This document shows positions 51,061 to 64,000 of a stretch of 64,000 nucleotides of DNA, piece by piece. The DNA is from Eledone cirrhosa (lineage: Eukaryota). Location of the stretch: NCBI GenBank assembly GCA_964016885.1, contig OZ024754.1, positions 12,276,001 through 12,340,000 of the forward strand, given 5' to 3'. Below the pieces are notes generated by a model. It saw only the letters and a program-made list of their open reading frames with translations. It searched no databases and was not told where the DNA came from. The position numbers and the translations under genes are program-made. The stretch's first letter is position 1. Every line of letters begins with the position of its first letter.

Positions 51061-51869
51061 CCTTGGGAATATTTGGGAAAATAATGCTCAGAATTTTCTT
51101 CTGAAACCAGAAATGAAAGAAGAGAGATGGTTATTTGTTCTATGATATTCAGTGGAAGGAAAAAGAACTTGGCAAATTGCTAACTGCAAAATCAAGTAAT
51201 ATCTCTTCTGATGCAAATAATACTGAAGATTCATGGGAGAACTTAAATGAAATGATCTATAATATATCAATGAAGATGATATTGGATTCTTGGAAATGGA
51301 AATAGTATGATTAGATCATTTAGGAAGACTTTGAAATACTACAAATTCTTGACAATATACACAAATCTCATCAGAAACGTTCTATGACTACCAACAATTC
51401 TTTTTGAAAAAATCCTAAACAGAACTGAATTCATAAACAAAAAAAAAATATTTTGCTTTTGTTTGAGCTTAGAAAAAACAGTAAAAACAAAATAAAGAAT
51501 GTATAAAAGGATAATGGAAATCACCATCATCATCACCACATCACTGCTGCTGCCACCACTACCATTATCATTATTACCATCATTACCACCCCTACCACTA
51601 TCACCATTGCCACAAGCACTACCACCATCACCAACATCATCACCATCATCAGTAGGGAGGGGGTGTAATAAAATGAAGTGAAATACCAGTGACATACAAG
51701 GGTAGATGTAACCGATTCTCCTTTGCCTTCTGCTTAAATATCTACACATACACACACATGCACACAGACACAGACATATACACACACCAACACACACACA
51801 CACACCGACACACACAGGCATACATAGACACACACAGGCATACACAGACACACACACACACACACACAG

Positions 51870-51911
<42 letters not shown>

Positions 51912-52231
51912 GCACACAGACACACACAGACACACACACAGACAGATATACACACACCGACACACACACACCGACACACACAGGCATACACACACACACA
52001 CACATACAGGCACACACAGACACACACACAGAGGCACACAGACACACACACACAGACAGACAGACACACATACACACACAGACACACACACACACAGACA
52101 CACACACCGACACACACAGGCATACACAGACACACAGACACACATAGACACACACACACATACACACACACACACATATATATATATCATCATCGTTTAA
52201 CGTCCATTTTTCACACTAGCATGGGTAGGAC

Positions 52232-52352
<121 letters not shown>

Positions 52353-52500
52353 ATAAAATGTGGTGAGGAAGCACATGAGTTAGGATATATATATATATAA
52401 CCCAGAAAGAAGAGAGAGAAACAAAAAAGGAAAAAGATATATTTTTCTTCCTAATAATCGTCTCTTTCTCCCTGTTTTCATATATATATATATATATAAT

Positions 52501-53052
52501 CATCATCATCATCATCATCATCATTTAACGTCAATCTTCCACGCTAGCATGGGTTTAGACGGGAATTGTCCCACTTGAGGCAAGATTGGTCGTCTCGCTC
52601 GCATAGGACTGTCTGGCGGGTTTTCTACGGCTGGATGCCCTTCCCAACACCAACCACGTTTACAGTGTGGACTGGGAGGTTTTTACCGTGTTACCTACAT
52701 GGCCACATTACAGCGTGGACTGTACGTTTTTTGTCGTGACACCTACATAACCTCATTTATTTAGGACTGGATGTTGTGGTACCAACATAACTTTACAGAG
52801 AAAGGGCTGGTGTTGATGAGGGTGGATGGGCGTGTATATTTTGGTTAAGAGGTGCCTACTGACTGTAGGTTTCGTTTTGCACTTAGGCAAGGTGGGTCTT
52901 CTGTATTATTACGTAGCGCCAAAGATCTTGGTCCAGTGAGATTGTCTTAGAGAGGTGCAAGTGTGTAAGGTCAGAATTTATCAAATCGTCCCAGTTTTTT
53001 CTGGGTCTGCCTACTCCGTAGCTTCCATCAATTTTGATCACCCTACACTTTT
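52501..53052 (-). mobile_element. Diverged 3' fragment of the RTE-type LINE
   Basis: KIDGSYGVGRPRKNWDDLINSDL matches the end of the 8443 ORF, followed by the same 3' UTR and tail. Confidence 0.88.
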
Positions 53053-53232
53053 TTATATATATATATATATATACGTCAATACTCATCTTTTTCCATTTTT
53101 CTGAGGGTTCTTAACCCCACTATCAGGCTAAATAATTTCTTTAATTTCTTTAGTCAAAATACGGCGATAGCTTAGATTTCTAATTTCAAACCCGCTCGCT
53201 GTTTCGAAAATATTCTTACTTGATATATATAT

Positions 53233-53367
53233 ATATTTAATGTAGAAATGGCTTCTACAGGACTAGAACTGTTTCATTTAAAGGAAATCAACAGGAAAGC
53301 TTTCCTGATGATTTCCTTTTGAATGAAACAGTTCTAGTCCTGTAGAAGCTATTTCTACTTTAAATAT
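53233..53367. repeat. Fold-back palindrome centred on AGGAAAGCTTTCCT, with a degenerate CTGATGA..GAAA motif
   Basis: Reverse-complement arms of about 65 bp. Confidence 0.8.
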
Positions 53368-53627
53368 TTATAGTCTGCTATGTATTGAGTACCTTCCTTA
53401 CTGTGGTTACCCCCGATTGAACCTGGGATACACACATATATACATACACACATATATATATATATATATATATGATAAAACAAGGATGTTTTGTTTACCC
53501 GTATTTATGGTTTTATTGGATATCGAACTGTTATACATTCTGCCCGTGTATTGGTACTAAATTACCTACATTATACATGCATACATATATACATACATAT
53601 ATATATACATTATACATGCATACATAT

Positions 53628-53666
<39 letters not shown>

Positions 53667-53685
53667 TATATACATATATATATAC

Positions 53686-53718
<33 letters not shown>

Positions 53719-54665
53719 CGTATATATATATATACATATATATATACATATATATACATATATAAATTGTAAATAATATATAATAAATAAAATCGTTAAT
53801 TTATATATAATAAAAAATATAAAATATACTATGTATAAATAAATATTATATATTTTTTATTTTACTATATTTATATATAATATGTATTATTTGATATTTA
53901 ACACTTTAACATTTACATTACTCCATATATACTATAGTATTTCATGGTAAACACTTTATCTCACATAATATCGAATCTATAAGATTTTGCTATTATTTAT
54001 TTTGAGAACAATACCTTAATATCAGTATGAGTGGCCAGTTATGGCCAGTTTGAAGGGAGAGAGGTGAGAGAATTCTGGCCGGATATGGCCAATTTGAATG
54101 CTAAAGGGTTAACATACTGTTATATCAACTCTACCACCCCCACCGGCACCTTAGGCCCAGGGCCACCTGGACCTTCTTAATGTCCCCTAGAGAGTGGTAG
54201 CACCTAATTTGAGAACCTCTGCTTTATATTCTCAACAGCCACGGAGGGATAAAAGGCAAAGCTGGTCTCTGCAAAGATTTGAACTCAGAGCATAGAATGT
54301 CATAACTACATAGCACAAAACATTTTGTCCAACGCTCCACTGATTCTGCCAGTGTTGCTTTAATGTCTACAGCAAACTGCTGATCACTAGAAAGGGATTA
54401 GCAGTTGCTATGGCTACTCTAGTCTCATAGAATCAATGGTGTTGGTCCTGGCAACGACAGGCTTCCAACTTCATGTCACAGCTCTGCTTCTAAGAAGAAA
54501 AGGAAAAGTTTTGCTGCAATGTACATGTGTAGGTGTGCATATTTGTGCACATGGGTGTACATGTGTAAGTGTGCATATTTGTGCACATGTGTGGGTGTGT
54601 GTGTGCATGTGTGGATGTGCATATTTGTGCACATGTGTGTACATGTCTATGCATATGAACCCATG

Positions 54666-54712
<47 letters not shown>

Positions 54713-55064
54713 CAAAGGAAATGTGGTAAGGAACCAGATGGACCATAACGCACCAAAGTACTCAATACTTAGGGTAGTAGAGTGGGTAATTGGAATGAGT
54801 AGGACCCCGACGGCTGAGCTCAAGCCGTTTCGACGGCTAATTCTGGACTAAATACGATTTAGTCCAGAATTAGCCGTCGAAACGGCTTGAGCTCAGCCGT
54901 CGGGGTCCTACTCGTTCCTATATATATATATGCACAGAGGTATCCACTGTAAGTTGTGGGGTCTATTCTGCATGAAGAACTCGATGTAATCCATATGTTG
55001 AAAATGTTGTAGGTTAAGATAAATCTCAGAAAACAATAAAACATTAAAAGGAAAACAGAGTCAT

Positions 55065-55391
55065 GATATACGTTAAAACAATGAAATAAAAAAATCAAGT
55101 CATTAGAGATATACTTCACTGCTTTACGATCGTTTCTAGATGATGATAATACAGTGTATCTATACTCAGTTATTGATCTATGTAAGTTTACAAACTATCA
55201 GAATAAAATTATTATTGTTTTTGAAAACAGCTGGTGATATGCATGTAAGTAAATATTCTCTTTATCTGATAGTTTGTAAACTTACATAGATCAATAACTG
55301 AGTATAGATACAATGTATTATCATCATTTAGAAACGATCGTAAAGCAGTGAAGTATATCTCTAATGACTTGATTTTTTACTTCATTGTTTT

Positions 55392-55396
<5 letters not shown>
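55065..55396. repeat. Fold-back palindrome (about 135-bp arms, about 60-nt spacer)
   Basis: Reverse-complement arms containing GAA-ACGATCGT-A. Confidence 0.85.
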
Positions 55397-55424
<28 letters not shown>

Positions 55425-55430
<6 letters not shown>

Positions 55431-55657
55431 AGATGAAATCGAAAATGCAACTGGAGTCTTATTTTAAAAAAAATATATATATTTATTTGGTTCCTTTACC
55501 GGTTTCGCAGTTCAGATGTGAGAAAAACCACAGACCCTCCATCTCAACTCTACTTTTGAAAAGCAGAAGAACTGCGAAACCGGTAAAGGAACCAAATAAA
55601 TATATATCTTTTTTTAAAAATAAGACTCCAGTTGCATTTTCGATTTCATCTTTTTTT
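55425..55657. repeat. Fold-back palindrome (arms 55425-55513 and 55569-55657)
   Basis: Reverse-complement arms. Family copy at about 17335-17510. Confidence 0.85.
55553..55588 (+). ncRNA. Minimal hammerhead motif, U3-A8 core variant
   Basis: CTT-TTGAAAA-GCAG(AAGAA)CTGC-GAA-ACCGGT-A^AAG. Confidence 0.6.
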
Positions 55658-56081
55658 CTTTATACTTTCACTCGTGTAGGACACCTTGGTTATTTTTCAT
55701 TTTGTAAAAAAACCTCCCTTTCTGTGTCCAGTGAAAAGCTCGGTACATGTACATATGTATACGTGTGTGTATTTATATGCATACTAGTATTTCAGTATAC
55801 ATATGTGGATGTACACTTTTAACTTAATTGTTTAAGCGTCAGTCATACAAAAGTGAGTTACAAACGAAACAAAATTTAATTTCGTTTCGTTATTTGTTTT
55901 TATATATATATATATATATATATAAATAAAATTAGTCCTTCATCAGTGATCTTCCAACCCTCATTGGTATTTCTTTGCATTAAAGATCATATATGGTGCG
56001 AGCAATAACTAAAAAAAAGTTATTGGGACACGTAAAATAGGGGGAAGCGAGCGAGACATGTAAACAAACATATATACATAT

Positions 56082-56430
56082 ATCATCATCATCATTTCAT
56101 CATTTCATTTTACGTCCGCTTTTCCCTGCTTCCAAGGGTGGGACGGGAACTGATTCTGGCTTGATTTCTACAGCTGGATGCCCTTCCTAACACCAACCTC
56201 ATTTACAGTGAGTGCTGGGTGCTTTTTTGCCATGGCACCTCCACGACCACTTTGCAGTGGAATGATATGGACCCCAGTCCCTATCATCTCATTTCTACAG
56301 CTGAGTAAACTGGAGCAATGTGAAATAAAGTGTCTTGCTCAAGGAAACAACACATCACCCGGTCTGAGAATTGAACTCACAACCTTTCGATTGCAAGGCC
56401 AATGCTCTAACCACTAAGCCATGTGCCTCC
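56082..56430 (-). mobile_element. SINE family A copy
   Basis: Full match. Confidence 0.85.
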
Positions 56431-56918
56431 ATATATATATATATATATATATAAGCACGGGTACATATGCATAGACATGTACACATATGTGCACACAAAA
56501 AGCATATATGCACACTTATACATATGCACACACCTCTGCACATGTACACACATGTGCACAAATATGCACACCCACACATGTACACCCATGTGCACAAATA
56601 TGCACACCTACACATGTACATTGCAGCAAAACTTTTCCTTTTCTTCTTAGAAGCAGAGCTGTGACATGAAGTTGGAAGCCTGTCGTTGCCAGGACCAACA
56701 CCATTGATTCTATGAGACTAGAGTAGCCATAGCAACTGCTAATCCCTTTCTAATGATCAGCAGTTTGCTGTAGACATTAAAGCAACACTGGCAGAATCAG
56801 TGGAGCGTTGGACAAAATGTTTTGTGCTATGTAGTTATGACATTCTATGCTCTGAGTTCAAATCTTTGCAGAGACCAACTTTGCCTTTTATCCCTCCGTG
56901 GCTGTTGAGAATATAAAG

Positions 56919-57507
56919 CAGAGGTTCTCAAATTAGGTGCTACCACTCCCTAGGGACATTAAGAAGGTCCAGGTGGCCCTGGGCCTAAGGTGCCGGTGGG
57001 GGTGGTAGAGATGATGTAACAGTATGTTAACCCTTTAGCATTCAAATTGGCCATATCCGGCCAGAATTCTCTCACCTCTCTCCCTTCAAACTGGCCATAA
57101 CTGGCCACTCATACTGATGTTAAGGTATTGTTCTCAAAATAAATAATAGCAAAATCTTATAGATTCGATATTATGTGAGATAATTATGTGAGATAAAGTG
57201 TTTACCATGAAATACTATAGTATATATGGAGTAATGTAAATGCTAAAGTGTTAAATATCAAATAATACTATATATAAATAATATTATATATAAATATAGT
57301 AAAATAAAAAATATATAATATTTATTTATACATAGTATATTTTATATTGTTTATTATATATAAATTAACGATTTTATCTATTATATATTATTTACAATTT
57401 GCGTGTAGGTAGGTCTCTCTGGGAATAGGGTTGGGGGAGCTGAGGGTGTTACATGGCCGTGAGAGGGGGTGGGGGTGGCGGTGGCCCCAAAAGTTTGAGA
57501 ACCTCTG
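56919..57507. mobile_element. hAT-type MITE (TIR CAGAGGTTCTCAAA) hosting a piggyBac-type MITE
   Basis: TIRs at both ends. Degenerate 8-bp TSD ATATAAAG/GTATAAGG. Confidence 0.7.
57027..57254. mobile_element. piggyBac-type MITE
   Basis: TTAA-CCCTTTAGCATT ... AATGCTAAAGTG-TTAA. Confidence 0.8.
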
Positions 57508-58061
57508 GTATAAGGGATCAGTTATTTACTGGGGTCAATTTGATTGATTTTTTTCCTATCCTCCCAAACTGCTGGCCTTGTGCCAATGTGAGAAAGAACA
57601 ATAATAAGGACCATAACAACAGTGAACATAACAATAGCACTCACAACAACAACAACAACTGTAAAAAAAAAATTACCAGAATTTTGACCAGCTCTTTACA
57701 ATCTGAGTTCAATTCCTACCATGGGAAACTTTGTCTTTCATTCTTCCGAGGTTGATAGAATATGTACCAGTCAAAAACTGGGGCAGATTTAATTAACTTA
57801 ATCCTCCCTCCCAAATGACTGGCCTTTTGTTTAAATTAGAAAAGCAAGAGGTACAGATGGGGTTTAAACAGTTTCTGTCTACCCAATTTCATTCACAAGG
57901 TATGGGTCGACCCAAGGGTATGGGAAATGACACTTACCTAAGGTACCACACATTGGGATCTAACCCAGGACCTAATGTTAGCAAAACTGGCTGCTTGACC
58001 ATTCTACCACAGTCGTCTAATAACATCTTTAGAACTTTAGATATTAGTTAATTAACCTCTT

Positions 58062-59038
58062 CAGTGCCACAGACGAGATAACTCATCCGAACATGTATAT
58101 ATTCCAGTGCCACAGATGAGATAACTCATCCTAACATCTATATATTCCAGTGCCACAGATGAGATAACTCACCCTAACATGTATATATTCCAGTGCCACA
58201 GATGAGATAACTCATCCTAACATGTATGCATACCAGTGCCACAGACGAGATAACTCATCCTAACATGTATATATTCCAGTGCCACAGATGAGATAACTCA
58301 TCCTAACATGTATATATTCCAGTGTCACAGATGAGATAACTCATCCTAACATGTATATATTCCAGTGCCACAGATGAGATAACTCATCCTAACATGTATG
58401 CATTCCAGTGTCACGGATGAGATAACTCATCCTAACATGTATGCATTCCAGTGCCACAGATGAGATAACTCATCCTAACATGTATATATTCCAGTGCCAC
58501 AGATGAGATAACTCATCCTAACATGTATGCATTCCAGTGCCACAGATGAGATAACTCATCCTAACATGTATATATTCCAGTGCCACAGATGAGATAACTC
58601 ATCCTAACATGTATATATTCCAGTGCCACAGATGAGATAACTCATCCTAACATGTATATATTCCAGTGCCACAGATGAGATAACTCATCCTAACATGTAT
58701 ATATTCCAGTGCCACAGATGAGATAACTCATCCAAACATGTATACATTCCAGTGCCACAGATGAGATAACTCATCCTAACATGTTTGTATTCCAGTGCCA
58801 TGGACAAGATAACTAATCCGAACATGTATGCATTCCAGTGCCACAGATGAGATAACTAATCCGAACATGTATGCATTCCAGTGCCACAGACAAGATAACT
58901 CAACCTAACATGTTTGTATTCCAGTGCCATGTACAAGATAACTCATCCGAACATGTATGCATTCCAGTGCCACAGATGAGATAACTCATCCGAACATGTA
59001 TGCATTCCAGTGTCACGGATGAGATAACTCATCCTAAT
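58062..59038. repeat. 43-bp minisatellite, about 22-23 units
   Basis: Unit CAGTGCCACAGATGAGATAACTCATCCTAACATGTATATATTC with hairpin GATGAG/CTCATC. Confidence 0.95.
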
Positions 59039-59919
59039 ATATTTGAGCTCTTTTCCAACAGTTCATAACTTCAAAGTTATGAACTTGTTTCCAACAGTTC
59101 ATAACTTGAAAGCTAGGTGGGGCTACTAGTTTATTGATGTGACATTTGTCAATCATTCAGATATGTGTTGTTAATAAATGTTTGTTTTAAAAAAATAGTC
59201 ATTTTACTGAACCCCCCCCCCCCCCCATTCCAACACAACACAGCAACTGCAGCTGTGTAAAATATATGTGGCAGTCAACAGGTTAATCACAATAATGTGG
59301 AAGTGATGAAGGTGATGATATGATGATGAAGATGATAATGGTCTTTGCAATGATGATGATGATGATGACGAAAATGATGATAGCAATAACTATGATGACA
59401 AAGATAACGAAGATGATGATGATGATGATGATGATGATGAAGATGATAATGATAAAAATGAAGATGATGAAGATGATAATGATAAAAATAATCATGAAGA
59501 TGATGATGATGAAGATGGGATTGGTGAAGATGATGATGATGATGATAATGATAAAAATAATCATGAAGGTGGTGATGATGATGATGATGATAATAATGAT
59601 GATGGGTATGGTAGAACTGACTATGATGGATGTGATACTAATGTAATGATGAAGATGGCAGTAGTAATACACTTATAATCACTCGAAATTACAATCTAAA
59701 TGGACTATCACAGAAAGATTGTCAATGAAGCAAGATTAAGTAAAATTATAAAATCTTTTATTCATTTGTTGGCTCCAGTCAATGGAGTGTTGTATGCTCA
59801 GGCACCAGTTATAAATCACAATATATATTTCAGTCTGATGTTTATTACACATCAATTGCTATTTATAAAATGGTTAAGTTACCGTTTCCTCTATGGAGAT
59901 GGAGCATGTTGTTTTACAC

Positions 59920-60193
59920 CAGGCATGGGCAACCTTTTTCGAGAAGCGGGCCACATCAGACGGGCTGCAAGCGCTAATTTACATTCGTGCCCACATTTAA
60001 AAAGAAAGGGCAGTAACTCAGGTTGTTTTGATTTGTTTCTTCAGAATTTGTACACGTTTTCCTCGATCGTAAAAATTGATAGAAAGGTAAATTATGACTG
60101 AAAAGTTGAGGTAAAAAAATCAGAAAGATTTCACTTAGGTGACTTAGGTGAGCTATTCAGAAAGCTTCACGGGCCGCAGGTTGCCCATGACTG
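59920..60193. mobile_element. hAT-type MITE
   Basis: TIRs CAGGCATGGGCAACCT / AGGTTGCCCATGACTG. Perfect 8-bp TSD TTTTACAC (59912-59919 and 60194-60201). Confidence 0.9.
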
Positions 60194-60666
60194 TTTTACA
60201 CCAACATACGTAGTAGACAGACACAGATACATACACACACAGATGTATGTATCCTTGTATTTAGAATAGGCACACCGTATCCCTGAATATCATAAGAGGA
60301 GACTAAAAGGGTTGATGTTAGGAAGAGCAACTGCCAGCATGGAAAAGTTGAAGTAAAAACGATGATGATTATATATGTATATATATATAAGAAAAAGTAT
60401 GAACCCGACGGCAGAGCTCAAGCCGTTTCGACGGCTATTTCCAGACTGAATTTAGTCCAGAAATAGCCGTCGAAACGGCTTGAGCTCTGCCGTCGGGGTC
60501 ATACTTTTTTCCTATTTCCCACTCTATTACCCTAAGTATTGAGTACTCTGGTGCGTTATGGTCCATCTGGTTCTTACCACAATTCCTTTGTTATATATAT
60601 ATATATATATATAGAGATATATATAAAGGAACAAAGAATTAGTGTTGCATCATATACATATTAATT

Positions 60667-60758
60667 ACATATTACATATGTTTCACTGTCAATCAGCTCG
60701 AGGAACGATCTATTAATGATTGAACCTGACTCTGGAATCGGAAGCTCCTCAGATATGT
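60667..60758 (-). ncRNA. Hammerhead ribozyme motif with extended (61-nt) stem II domain
   Basis: Minus strand ACATAT-CTGAGGA-[61 nt]-GAA-ACATATGT-A^ATATGT: 6-bp stem I, palindromic stem III. Confidence 0.7.
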
Positions 60759-62996
60759 TTTAATATGCAGGCTCGCATCTGAGACTGTATGAACATTTTC
60801 CAAAATCCTTCTTATAAGTTAGCATACATTCTAACATAGTGGTATCCAGCCGTACTTTCTCATTGGTTTATTACGCGACCCTGCATATTAAAACATAAAT
60901 ATAGCACTTGAAATATATATTAATTCATTGACAAGATCTCAGACCTCATTTGCTTACTGAGTGGGTGGGGATTGTGAAATTTGACCAAGGAAACAATGTT
61001 TCTATTGGTCTTTCCAAAGCTGATACTATTTATTGGTCACAACTCCAAACAGAAGGAGCAACATGAAATAAAGTGTTTTACTCAAGGACATAACACATTG
61101 CCCAGTCCAGGAATCAAACTTGCAACCTCATGATTGAGAATCCAATTCTAAAGCCACTAAGCTATGTTTGAATACATATACTGAGGCATTTTTAATTTGA
61201 TGCCTTAAAATAGCTGCAAAAAAAAATAAAATGATTATAAAACAGCCCCAATTCTTTGTATTAAAGATCTCAGAAAATTAAATAATAATTCTGGAGGCAG
61301 CAAATGAATTTTTTTTGTTCCTTCTTCACACATGTGCCACACTTTTCATGAATAGAGAAAATATGAATTTATGCTGTAAATGTTCTTCCCAATAGTATTC
61401 AAATAAAAACATTATTGTCTCCTCTCCCTAATTTTTCCCTAGAATTATTATTTCATTGTATTTTTCATAATTAGTTTTACTGTGATTTATCTTATGCTTG
61501 TCTTTCAATGTTGTATAAAAATGATAGCTATTTCAATTCACATTCTTTAAATTCAATTTCATATGAAAGAAAAATATTTCTATAGATTGATTTTCATTCT
61601 TATAATGTAATTTATAATACAAATCCAGATATTTCCATTGGATTTCAGCTATTTATTCTGTGATGCTATTCCATCACTATTGGATACAATAATTTCGATC
61701 TGTTTTTAGTATTATATCATTCAATTCATTAACCCTTTTGATGTCAAACCACCTGAAACTACTCCTGGTTTTATGATACAAAAATATTGGTTTTAATGTG
61801 TCTATATTTATCTAAAAGATGGGAAATTGTCAGAGTCATTAGAACATCGAATAGAATACTTTGCAGTATTCATCTGACAATTTTCTCCCTGTGTTCAAAC
61901 CCCACAAAGGTCAACTTCGCCTTTCATCCATTTAAGGTCGATTATAAAAGTACCAGTCTAATACTGGGGTCAGTTCTTCCTCTATATCTCTTTCTCACTT
62001 CCTTTCTCTCACTTTCTAACTTTGTCTGGAAGAAATCTGCTGTATTCAGACCTGGAGAGGAGATTGGGCTCCATCAGGTTTAAAATTGCCCTAGACATGT
62101 CGTATGTCAATATGGTGCCGCTACAACTTCAGCAGGAGTTATGGATCTATACATGTGCAAGACCCGTGAGGTGGAGTGGCTGTTTCAGTGCATCTCCTTC
62201 TCCATCCTCTGGGGCAATGTCTTCTCCATTCTGTCAGCCATAACCAAGAGGTGGAAGGCAAGTTAGTTTGAGGTGGAGGATACTCGTTTCAGCATCACTC
62301 ATATACACACATGTACACAACCACTTTGTTAAGTTACACACATTAAAACTACCAGACACTCACCAAGAATTACAGGATTGGATTAAAATAAATTCTGTAT
62401 GGTCAAATTTTTCTCAAAATAGAAGCTAACTTTGCTTGTATTTCCATTTGTGAAATAAGTGAGTTATGGTGTTAAACTACACTCCTCGACAGCTAAAAGC
62501 AATTCCACCTCGAAAATATTTTGGCCAATCTAACAGGATATTAAAAGGAAATGAATTTCAGAGGGCAGGCTACTTGGCTGAAAAGTGTTTCATACAAAAT
62601 CTGTTGCTTAGCTGAAGCTGAAGGAGTGTACTCTTTAGTTTTAGAGATAAAGGAAGTCAATAGTAGGAGAGTTGCTGGATACCAGTCTGCAAGAAACCAA
62701 TACTTTTATAGAAACACACTCAATAAAATGTTCATATACAGACACACACACAAACAAAAGTAGACACACACAGCTTAATAAAAGTTATGAAATATCTATA
62801 TAACGAAGTACAGGCAAATATATACAAACAGACAGAGAGATAAGTATACAGTCGGACTCACACATACACACACACAGAGTCAAACAAGCATGCATACATA
62901 AATAGATAGGTAGAAAAATAGATAGATATAAATCGACAGAGATAGCTAGCCTGCTAAATAAAGACATGCATACACAGGAAGATATATATATATATA

Positions 62997-64000
62997 CCGA
63001 AGCTGCGATAAACTGATTTAGGATCTCTGGCAAACAATCTATTTAGCACTTGTCGTTTATGTGCTGTTGACTTATATTTTAGTCTTTCTGTTGAAGCTGT
63101 GAGTTGTTTAAACTGGTGTAATTTGGAGTTCAAAGTTTTAAATTTTGTATCTCCAAATCGTCTCTCTAACTTTTATTTTAGGTCTTCCTGGTGTCGTGTG
63201 AAGTTGCTCTCTATGTTGCATTTCATAACGACTGCGATGTGTGAGATACTTCGTCTCAGGGACAAAATTTTGCTTTTTAAATTTCGCATCCACGCTGGTT
63301 CAGGCTTTTTGTTTGTATCTTAATTGCGTGGTTTTAGATATGTGTTATATGATAGCAATGTGACAGCTGAAACATATAACAAAATATTAAGCGTTTCAAA
63401 TGTCGTTTCTACACCTTTAGATCGTATAGCCTTCAGATAATTGTTTCTACTTTTGGCACAAGGCCAGCAAATACCCAGTGTATTACTGGTACTTTATTTT
63501 ATCGACCCCGTAAGGATGAAAGGCAAAGTTAACCTCGGCGGGATTTGAACTCAGAATGGCAAGGGCCGTAACTCTATGCGCCAAAGCATGGCGTCAGACC
63601 CTCTACCGATACTGCCAATTCACCGCTCTAGCCTTCAGATAATTGCCAGCTATTTCGTTCACATCTTCCAATTCCAATTTAGTGGGTTCTTTACTGATTC
63701 TGGTGTTGTATGGTCTGTCACTCACATTAAGGCTGTGTATCTCTTGAAACATATCGTCCCATATCACTTGTAAGGTGTCCACAAGTTTTTGGTGTTCTGT
63801 TTGTACAGCAGAGTCATGAATTTCAGCCTCGTTGTTGATGTGGTGACAATTACTGCTAGAGTTAGCTGACCATTCTCGCTGTTCTTCAGTGGAAGTGGGA
63901 TGGATTTCAGCAAAATTGTTGGTGAGCTGTTCACTGTTAGATTTAGCTGGCCATTCTCTTTGTCTGTCAGTGGAGGTGGGGTGGTTGTCTACAAGGGCTG
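62997..64000 (-). pseudogene. Degraded N-terminal (pre-RT) region of an R4/Dong-like non-LTR element, interrupted by a SINE
   Basis: Removing the SINE and one TSD copy restores a frame: ...LNILLYVSAV...PEPAWMRNLKSKILSLRRSI...LKYK...LNRLFARDPKSVYRSF (two stops), matching R4/Dong pre-RT motifs. Confidence 0.7.
63444..63628 (-). mobile_element. SINE family B with 17-bp TSD TAGCCTTCAGATAATTG
   Basis: TSD at 63427-63443 and 63629-63645. Confidence 0.88.

Larger units (their letters stand above)
53764..57400. repeat. Large inverted duplication: arms 53764-54668 and 56453-57400, 1.8-kb spacer
   Basis: Arms are near-identical reverse complements. The same MVLVLATTGFQL... ORF appears on opposite strands. 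Confidence 0.92.

Noticed and set aside
51090-51340. Possible host-gene exon (EDSWENLNEMIYN)
   Set aside because: Plus strand with stops; looks like a decayed LINE linker; too weak to call.
58062-59038. CRISPR array or hammerhead satellite (CAGATGA-GAT..ATC-CGA-ACATGT-A)
   Set aside because: No spacers. The core has A at position U4, lacks GAAA and has no stem I.

Overview
Eukaryotic, AT- and microsatellite-rich DNA, most likely an octopus (coleoid cephalopod) genome; this is inferred from the SINE families and (TA)n density, not from a database search. The window is mostly intron of a minus-strand EGF/laminin-G gene of the pikachurin(EGFLAM)/SP2353/agrin type. Two frame-compatible exons are visible (45926-46051 and 25554-25791). 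The rest is mobile DNA: an apparently intact Tx1/L1-type LINE inside a (GACA)n array, a 5'-truncated RTE-type LINE with a PHD finger, fragments of Penelope, R4/Dong and RTE elements, a non-autonomous Helitron, hAT and piggyBac-type MITEs, two tRNA-SINE families and large simple or minisatellite arrays. Most long ORFs in the track are repeat artefacts. The most striking unannotated signal is a set of short (TA)n-bounded elements from several unrelated sequence families that carry minimal type I hammerhead ribozyme motifs with palindromic stem III. These include a perfect tandem pair 463 nt apart (retrozyme-like unit), a U3-A8 core variant family and a family with a long structured stem II. Many sit in long fold-back palindromes. 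All folds were made by eye and ribozyme activity is inference.
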